A model generated the notes under the pieces. It was not told where the DNA came from, did no database searches, and worked only from the letters and a program-made list of their open reading frames with translations. Positions 57,872-64,000 of a stretch of 64,000 bases of DNA are shown one piece after another. Within the stretch, counting starts at the first letter, position 1. Each line of letters starts with the position of its first letter. Source of the DNA: Ignavibacteriales bacterium (GTDB lineage: Bacteria > Bacteroidota > Ignavibacteria > UBA10030); the NCBI GenBank assembly GCA_016192345.1, contig JACPUH010000021.1, positions 58,523 through 122,522 on the forward strand, given 5' to 3'. The translations under genes and the position numbers were made by a program.

Positions 57872-59269
57872 ATGAAAGGAAAACCCGTGAAGCATTTTTC
57901 GCGTTTCTTATTTTTTGTAGCCCTCTCTTTGGCCACTCTATCATTGACCTTAGGTCAAACACCTATTCCATCAAACTATGACTCTCTCGCGCAGGCGATC
58001 GTCCGGGAGGCGCTCGGATCGAACCACTCGTATGCCCTCCTGAACGACCTCGTGATAAAAGTCGGCAATCGCCTGAGTGGTTCCCCGGCCAATGCAAAGG
58101 CGGTGGCATGGGCCAGGAATACCATGGAGCGGCTTGGATTCGAGAATGTCCGGCTCGAGCCGGTGATGGTTCCGAAATGGGTCCGGGGAAATGTGGAAGA
58201 GGCGTTCATTCTCCATCCGGATGGGAAGCAGGAAAGATTGAATATTGTCGCTCTAGGGGGCTCGATCGCAACTCCGAACAAGGGGATTACGGCCGGGGTC
58301 GTTGAGGTGAAATCATTTGAAGAACTCCGCTCCCTGGGCGCGGCCGCGAAAGGGAAGGTCGTCTTTTTCAACAGGCCGATGGACCGAACGCTGATGACCA
58401 CGTTTGCCGGATACAGTGGCGCCGTCAATCAACGGGGACGCGGTGCGGTGGAAGCGGCTTACGCCGGCGGCGTTGCAGCGATCGTCCGCTCCATGACCAC
58501 ACGGCTGGACGATGTGCCGCACACCGGCGGCATGGGGTACGCCGACACCGTAGCCAAAGTCCCGACAGCAGCGGTGAGCACGGTAGGGGCCGAACGATTG
58601 AGCGCCCTTTTAAAAGAAGGAAAGAACATCCGTCTTCAAATCAAACTTTCTGCCCAATCGTTTCCGGATGTCGAGTCGGCGAATGTGCTCGGAGAGTTGC
58701 GCGGTACGGAGAAACCGGAAGAGGTTGTGGTTATCGGCGGACATCTCGATAGTTGGGACAAGGGCCAGGGCGCGCACGATGACGGAGCGGGATGTGTGCA
58801 TGCCATCGAGGCGCTGCGAATTCTGAAGTCGCTTGGCCTGCAGCCAAAGCGGACCATCCGCGCCGTCATGTTCGCGAACGAAGAGAACGGTCTTCGCGGC
58901 GGAACAGCCTACGCGGCACAAGAGCGACTGGGTGAAAAACATATCGCTGCCATCGAATCGGATGCCGGGGGATTTGCCCCGCGTGCGTTCGGCGTCTCCG
59001 AACCAGCGTACGAGAAGGTACTCGCCTGGGCATCGGCTCTCCGGTTCGTCGGCATCGACCGGGTTCAGCGCGGCGGAGGTGGAGCGGATATTGGTCCATT
59101 GATGCGCAAAGGTGTGCCCGGCCTGGGACTGATCCCGGAAGGACACCGGTATTTCGACTACCATCATTCCGACAGCGACACGATCGACAAGGTGAATGAG
59201 CGGGAGCTGGCTCTCGGCTCGGCGGCGATGGCTTTGATGGCGTGGCTGGTGGCGCAAGAGGGGTTGTAG
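57872..59269 (+). CDS. M28-family zinc aminopeptidase, secreted
   Basis: Trimmed to MKGKPVKHFSRFLFFVALSLATLSLTLG (signal peptide). Motifs VVIGGHLDSW, AHDDGAGCVHAIEA and FANEENGLRGG (EE) are the Zn ligands of M28. Confidence 0.8.
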   Translation: MKGKPVKHFSRFLFFVALSLATLSLTLGQTPIPSNYDSLAQAIVREALGSNHSYALLNDLVIKVGNRLSGSPANAKAVAWARNTMERLGFENVRLEPVMVPKWVRGNVEEAFILHPDGKQERLNIVALGGSIATPNKGITAGVVEVKSFEELRSLGAAAKGKVVFFNRPMDRTLMTTFAGYSGAVNQRGRGAVEAAYAGGVAAIVRSMTTRLDDVPHTGGMGYADTVAKVPTAAVSTVGAERLSALLKEGKNIRLQIKLSAQSFPDVESANVLGELRGTEKPEEVVVIGGHLDSWDKGQGAHDDGAGCVHAIEALRILKSLGLQPKRTIRAVMFANEENGLRGGTAYAAQERLGEKHIAAIESDAGGFAPRAFGVSEPAYEKVLAWASALRFVGIDRVQRGGGGADIGPLMRKGVPGLGLIPEGHRYFDYHHSDSDTIDKVNERELALGSAAMALMAWLVAQEGL

Positions 59270-59408
59270 CATAGTTTTTTTACTGTTTGCTGTTAACGCC
59301 GTACGTTTCGGTGAGCCAAGATCCAAATAGAAAAATGCTACGCATTTCTTGTTAATAGGCCTCCGGCTGTTCACGGTTCACCAACCAGGCCTTACCCACG
59401 AAGATTCC

Positions 59409-60194
59409 ATGAACAAAAAAAGAACCGCCCTCGCCATCGGCGCCCATCCGGACGACATTGAATTCCAGATGGCGGGTACGTTACTACTGCTCGAACGCTC
59501 GGGTTATGAGATCCATTACATGAACCTCGCCAGCGGCAATTGTGGCAGTGCAAGACATGACGCGGCGACCATCCGGCGCATCCGTCTCCGGGAGAGCCGG
59601 CGGGCCGCAGGTATCCTCGGCGCACAGTTTCACAAGCCGCTGTGCGACGACCTTGAGATCCTCTACGAACTGAAAACCCTCCGCCGCCTTGCGTCAATCA
59701 TCCGGGAGGTGCGTCCGTCGGTGGTCCTGACACATCCGCCGGTCGATTATATGGAAGATCATACCGCTACCTGCCGGTTGGTCGTTACGGCTGTGTTCGC
59801 GCGGGGTATGCGGAACTTTCGGACCATCCCGGTCCGTCCGGCAGCACAGTATGATGTAACCCTCTACCATTGCATGCCTCACACACTGCGCGATCCACTG
59901 AGACAACGGGTGCTCCCCGGAGCGTTCGTCAATATATCGACTGTTCAATCGGTTAAGATGGAAGCTCTGAGGGCCCACCAAAGCCAGCAGGGCTGGCTCG
60001 ATGCAAGCCAGAAACTCGATTCGTATGTGCAAACCATGGAGGAGATGGCGCGGGAGCTTGGGCGCATGTCGAAGAAATTCCGCTACGCCGAAGGATGGCG
60101 ACGGCATTCGCATGCCGGGTTCGGAGAACCGGACGACGACCCGTTGAAAGTGCTCGGGAAGGACTACCTGATCAATACCCTCTATGAACGCTGA
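59409..60194 (+). CDS. PIG-L/LmbE-family N-acetylglucosaminyl deacetylase
   Basis: Trimmed to MNKKRTALAIGAHPDDIEFQMAGT, which is the LmbE zinc-binding motif HPDDxE. Confidence 0.75.
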   Translation: MNKKRTALAIGAHPDDIEFQMAGTLLLLERSGYEIHYMNLASGNCGSARHDAATIRRIRLRESRRAAGILGAQFHKPLCDDLEILYELKTLRRLASIIREVRPSVVLTHPPVDYMEDHTATCRLVVTAVFARGMRNFRTIPVRPAAQYDVTLYHCMPHTLRDPLRQRVLPGAFVNISTVQSVKMEALRAHQSQQGWLDASQKLDSYVQTMEEMARELGRMSKKFRYAEGWRRHSHAGFGEPDDDPLKVLGKDYLINTLYER

Positions 60195-60195
60195 T

Positions 60196-60240
60196 TTCGC
60201 GGATTTACGCGGATGGACGCGGATGAACGCGGATTACGCT
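60196..60240. repeat. four 10-bp phased direct repeats CGCGGATNNN immediately after the LmbE-like gene stop
   Basis: cgcggattta cgcggatgga cgcggatgaa cgcggattac. The 10-bp period places all copies on one helical face. It lies 180 nt upstream of the NagB-like gene. Confidence 0.6.
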
Positions 60241-60423
60241 GATCGGTACGGAGGAGTGATTCCCAATGCATCGTCCGTGGTTAAAGAAGTATTTTTTCAC
60301 CACGGATGACACACCGAAAGACACGGAAAAAAAGAAAGAAGTTGAATTTTCAATATCAGTGCTTATCTGTGTGCCATCCGTGGATAAATCCCCTTAGCCT
60401 TTCCCACAATACCATGACACCCC

Positions 60424-61353
60424 ATGCCACGCAAGCTCAGCTCACTCGCCCCCGACTGGTGGGATTACACCACGCTCGACCCTGAGATTATCCGGGACGC
60501 TGCCAAACTTACGCCGGAGGATATCCTCAAACTCTCCCGGCCCGGTTTCAAGGTTGTCTTCTACGATACGCTCGAGGAGTTTTATTGCGCCGAGGCGCTC
60601 GAATATGTCGAAGCCTGGAAGCAATCGACCGACGATAACCCCGTCGGTGTGTGCGGCCCCATTGGTCCGACTGAGCAACTTCCGCTCGTCGCACGTATCG
60701 TCAATGCGATCGGACTGAAATTGCATACCGCCCATTTCTGGGGGATGGACGAGTGGGCCATCGACAGCAAGGAGGTTCCCCCCACACATCCTCTCTCCTT
60801 CGAACGCTGTGACCGTGAGCTTTGCTTCAATCGCATCGACAAGAAGCTCGTCATGCCGGACGACCATCTCCACTTTCCCAAAGCGGACACCGCGGCATAT
60901 AGGGAAAGCTGGGAAGAGGCGCGCTGCGCTGTGATGCAGGGGGGTCAGGGAGACATTAAGCACTGGGCTTTCAATGATCCGGTTCGACGGCAGGGGAATT
61001 ACAGCGATGCACCCCCCACTCCGGAGGAATACCGCCGGCTCGCCACCCGGCTGGTCGATCTCCATCCGGTCACCATCATGCAGAATGCGCGCACGTCCGG
61101 AGGGGGCAACGTGAGCATGGTGCCTACGCAAGCCATCACGGTCGGGCCGGTAGAGACGTGGAAAGCCGAGAAGGTATCGATCTGGCACGCGGGAAACCAT
61201 GACAATCCGTTCGGTCAGCGCCTGACGCCATTCATGATTTCGAAGAGGTTTGTCGACACCTCGGTTCCGATGTCGCTCCTCGCCGATCACCCGAACGTGC
61301 AGTTCAATTACTACCGTGGCGGCATCGGCACCTGTAGCGTAGCAATGCATTGA
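60424..61353 (+). CDS. NagB-family glucosamine-6-phosphate deaminase/isomerase-like protein
   Basis: FWGMDEWAI matches NagB FNMDEY (catalytic Asp). [14 protein letters not shown] matches GGIGPDGHIAFNEP (catalytic His). It is 309 aa, longer than canonical NagB, with Glu replaced by Asp in NEP. Confidence 0.55.
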   Translation: MPRKLSSLAPDWWDYTTLDPEIIRDAAKLTPEDILKLSRPGFKVVFYDTLEEFYCAEALEYVEAWKQSTDDNPVGVCGPIGPTEQLPLVARIVNAIGLKLHTAHFWGMDEWAIDSKEVPPTHPLSFERCDRELCFNRIDKKLVMPDDHLHFPKADTAAYRESWEEARCAVMQGGQGDIKHWAFNDPVRRQGNYSDAPPTPEEYRRLATRLVDLHPVTIMQNARTSGGGNVSMVPTQAITVGPVETWKAEKVSIWHAGNHDNPFGQRLTPFMISKRFVDTSVPMSLLADHPNVQFNYYRGGIGTCSVAMH

Positions 61354-61399
61354 AGAACGAGAGGGGGCCAGAGAACCATGCCTTTAACAATGATTGAAG

Positions 61400-61520
61400 A
61401 GGTGCTGGAAAAAAACCTTGATGGTGGTGTTGGATCTACCGACCCCTCCGTCCCGTCACAAAAGAAGTGACGTGACACCTCCCCTTGGCAGGGGAGGAAA
61501 ACAAAGAACAACGCGATGAT
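61400..61520 (+). repeat. copy B of the two-hairpin repeat element (upstream region of citrate synthase)
   Basis: cccctccgtcccGTCACaaaagaaGTGACgtgacaCCTCCCCttggcaGGGGAGGaaaac. It has the same two hairpins with a compensatory A-T to G-C change in stem 1. The flanks are also similar (tgattgaagaggtgctggaa vs tgattatgctggaagg; gatctacc vs atctctacc). Confidence 0.6.
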
Positions 61521-62119
61521 GCAAGTTTCCCCCCACGCTTCTCATTTTTGATTCATTCCCTCCTTCCAAGACCTAAGAACCCGACGGCATTCCCATACCG
61601 AAACCGGGAAACCATTCCCCCTCTCCAATCATAAGAAGTAGGAATTGAGCGACGACCGCGCCTGGATGGGGTGGCACAGAACATGTGCCGGTCTCTCTGC
61701 GGGAGCGGCTTCGTAAGAGCGACACTCCACGATGCAGTTCGAAGCCCTCTCCGAAATCGCTTGACGTTTGAAGCGTCTGACGATTCTGTTATCCACCCCC
61801 TTGTCATGAGTCGACGCTTGTTTCTCAGCCCTTGAGAACCTTGGTGAAGCTGTCTCAAACCATACAGAGATCGGTCCACCGGACACTCGTTCCTCCGCGG
61901 GATTCCTTTCGATTCCATCCCCCCATCCGTCCGGTCAACGGCACGCACATATTGTTCCCAACAGTCGAAACAGACACAATCACTCAACCATAAAGAGAGC
62001 GAAGCTGTATTCTCTTCACTCCGGCGGTTCCGTCGTTGCACGAGTCATGGACGGCTCTCTTCATTCCATGCACGATGCACCGGCGGCGCCCCGCATTCTC
62101 ACTCACGCAAGGAGGTCCT

Positions 62120-63475
62120 ATGCCAGAGAATATTATTGTTCAGGATACCCGAACGGGTAAAAATCATGAATTTCCAAAAGAGATGGCCTTGCCGGATCAC
62201 ATGATCATCGTGGACAGCCGGACCAACAAGGAATATCCGGTTCCCATTCAGAACGGAACGATCAAAGCGATGGATCTGCGCAAGATCAAGGTCTCGGACG
62301 ACGACTTCGGTTTGATGACGTACGATCCGGCCTTCATGAACACCGCCTCATGCCAGAGCAAGATCACCTTCATCGACGGCGACAAGGGGATCCTGCGCTA
62401 CCGGGGCTACCCGATCGAGCAGCTTGCCGACCGGTGCACGTACCTGGAGGTCGCCTACCTCATCATTCACGGCGAGTTGCCGACGAAGACACAGCTTGCC
62501 GACTGGACACACAACATCACGGTCCATACGCTCCTTCACGAGAACGTGAAGAAATTCATGGACGGTTTCAACTACGACGCGCACCCGATGGGGATGCTGA
62601 TCAGCACGCTCGCAGCCCTTTCCACGTTTTACCCCGATTCGAAGAACATCCAGGACGCTGCGACCAGAAAGCATCAGATCTACCGTCTCATCGGAAAGAT
62701 GCCGACCATCGCCGCGTTCGCCTACCGGCATCACCGGGGTCTGCCGTTCGTCTATCCGGACAACGACCTGAGCTACCCGGCGAACTTCCTGAGCATGCTG
62801 TTCAAGATGACGGAAAAGAAGTACGAGGTGAACCCGATCCTCGAGCGCGCCCTGGACATTCTCTTCATCCTCCACGCCGATCATGAACAGAACTGCGGCA
62901 CGAACGCGATGCGCAGCATCGGAAGTTCTCATGCCGATCCGTTCGTTTCCACCGCCGGCGCCGCTGCGGCCCTCTACGGCCCGTTGCATGGAGGCGCCAA
63001 CGAGCAGGTACTGCGCATGCTCCGCGAGATCGGCTCGAAGGACAACGTGCCCGAGTTCGTAAAGCGGATCAAGGCCGGCGAGGGAAAGCTGATGGGATTT
63101 GGACACCGGGTCTACAAGAACTACGACCCGCGCGCCAAGATCATCAAGGAGACGGCCGACAAGGTGTTCGAAGTGACCGGCCGCAACCCGTTGCTGGATA
63201 TCGCCACGGAACTCGAGAGGATCGCGCTCCAGGACGAATACTTCATGAAACGGAAGCTGTACCCGAACGTCGATTTCTATTCCGGCATCATCTACGAAGC
63301 GCTCGGGTTCCCGTCGGAAGCCTTCACCGTCCTGTTCGCCATCCCGAGAACGTCCGGATGGCTCGCACAGTGGGAGGAGATGCTGCTCGATCCCGAGCAG
63401 AAGATCGCCCGCCCGCGGCAGATGTATACCGGGTACGATACGCGGAACTTTGTCCCGATCGAAAAACGCAAATAG
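62120..63475 (+). CDS. gltA: citrate synthase
   Basis: Trimmed to MPENIIVQDTRTG with AGGAGG 5 nt upstream. LRYRGYPIEQLA, GPLHGGANE and HRVYKNYDPRA are citrate synthase active-site motifs. Confidence 0.9.
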   Translation: MPENIIVQDTRTGKNHEFPKEMALPDHMIIVDSRTNKEYPVPIQNGTIKAMDLRKIKVSDDDFGLMTYDPAFMNTASCQSKITFIDGDKGILRYRGYPIEQLADRCTYLEVAYLIIHGELPTKTQLADWTHNITVHTLLHENVKKFMDGFNYDAHPMGMLISTLAALSTFYPDSKNIQDAATRKHQIYRLIGKMPTIAAFAYRHHRGLPFVYPDNDLSYPANFLSMLFKMTEKKYEVNPILERALDILFILHADHEQNCGTNAMRSIGSSHADPFVSTAGAAAALYGPLHGGANEQVLRMLREIGSKDNVPEFVKRIKAGEGKLMGFGHRVYKNYDPRAKIIKETADKVFEVTGRNPLLDIATELERIALQDEYFMKRKLYPNVDFYSGIIYEALGFPSEAFTVLFAIPRTSGWLAQWEEMLLDPEQKIARPRQMYTGYDTRNFVPIEKRK

Positions 63476-63604
63476 CACGGTCTTAAAAAACCTGACACAA
63501 AGGCACCAAGGAAAATATTGGATTTGAATTGCATCGTCGGATCGTTTTCCAAAGCATTCGTGTCTTTGTGACTTCGTGGCAAATAAATCTGAACGGAGGA
63601 TCTC

Positions 63605-64000
63605 ATGAAAATTTCAGTGATCGGAGCCGGGAATGTCGGTTCCACAACTTCCCTTCTGCTCGCGCAACAGCGGCTGGGGGAGATATGGTCCCTCGATATC
63701 GTTGAGGGCATGCCGGAGGGAAAGGCCCTGGATATGGCCGAAGCCGGCCCGGTTGCCCGCTTCGAAAGCCGTATGCATGGCACCGGCAACTTTGAAGATC
63801 TTGTCGGTTCGGATATCGTCGTCATCACCGCGGGACTCGCGCGCAAGCCCGGGATGTCCCGCATGGACCTGCTCACCAAGAACGCCGATATCGTCGGCAC
63901 GGCCGCCCGCCATTGTGCGCGGCTGGCTCCGAAGTCGATCATCGTCGTCGTCACCAACCCGCTCGATGTCATGACCTACGTTGCATGGAAGGAAAGCGGG
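63605..64000 (+). CDS. mdh: malate dehydrogenase (NAD-dependent, LDH-like), 5' partial
   Basis: MKISVIGAGNVGSTTSLLLAQ has the Rossmann GxGxxG. ITAGLARKPGMSRMDLL is the substrate-loop motif. It runs off the window and is absent from the ORF track. Confidence 0.85.
   Translation, partial: MKISVIGAGNVGSTTSLLLAQQRLGEIWSLDIVEGMPEGKALDMAEAGPVARFESRMHGTGNFEDLVGSDIVVITAGLARKPGMSRMDLLTKNADIVGTAARHCARLAPKSIIVVVTNPLDVMTYVAWKESG

Noticed and set aside
57736-57981. Small ORFs overlapping the two-hairpin repeat copies (81 aa at copy A, 30 aa at copy B)
   Set aside because: The reading frame is not conserved between the two copies although the nucleotide structure is. Conservation is therefore at the RNA/DNA-structure level, not the peptide.
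61553-62041. 162-aa minus-strand ORF upstream of citrate synthase
   Set aside because: It has R/S/G-rich junk composition, no RBS or motif, and sits in the promoter or leader region of gltA.
1-64000. tRNA, rRNA, CRISPR, integrase/transposase and toxin-antitoxin signals
   Set aside because: I scanned intergenic regions for T-loop-like GGTTCGAATCC-type motifs, regular direct-repeat/spacer arrays and recombinase motifs and found none. The only repeat families present are the short elements reported above.

Overview
Read by eye from the sequence and the ORF track; no searches were run. This is a 64-kb chromosomal window from a ~60% GC bacterium, with no rRNA, tRNA or CRISPR. Multiple type IX secretion C-terminal tails, a PorV-like gene, TonB-dependent receptor, GldA/F/G-like ABC genes and parvulin chaperones suggest a Bacteroidota-like (FCB-group) lineage; this is inferred from gene content. 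Genes are dense and mostly run in long same-strand blocks.

The minus-strand block from 1 to 31 kb holds:
- a TonB-dependent receptor, a lipoprotein and two T9SS cargo proteins
- a beta-lactamase-fold plus VanX-type dipeptidase fusion, an esterase and a BatA-like double-TM/vWA protein
- a T9SS-tagged subtilase, a MoxR ATPase and three parvulin-type chaperones
- a GldA/GldF/GldG-like ABC set with DUF4340
- two radical SAM enzymes flanking a putative di-iron protein

After that come nfo, anmK, an MFS pump, etfAB, a DinB_2 protein and a threonine dehydratase. A complete histidine operon follows (hisG-D-C-B-H-A-F-IE), preceded by a TrpR/YerC-like gene. The window ends with dGTPase, an atypical Nramp, an outer-membrane protein, TauE, an M28 peptidase, an LmbE-type deacetylase, a NagB-like protein, citrate synthase and the start of malate dehydrogenase.

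The most interesting locus is at 33.4-38.6 kb. A LexA-like repressor (XRE HTH plus S24 peptidase) is transcribed divergently from an operon of DUF72, a RecA-fold ImuA/SulA-like protein with a degenerate P-loop, a small coiled-coil protein, and an archaeal-type family-B DNA polymerase. That polymerase has lost its 3'-5' exonuclease motifs and has an altered motif C. The layout mirrors a lexA / imuA-imuB-dnaE2 mutagenesis cassette, but with a PolB in place of the usual polymerases. I treat it as a candidate SOS-inducible translesion system not previously described.

Other non-coding signals:
- a roughly 100-nt two-hairpin element present in two copies with a compensatory stem change
- a short phased TTCGTGG direct-repeat motif in at least eight intergenic regions
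- three back-to-back heptamer arrays upstream of a radical SAM gene
- perfect GC-rich hairpins inside the his operon
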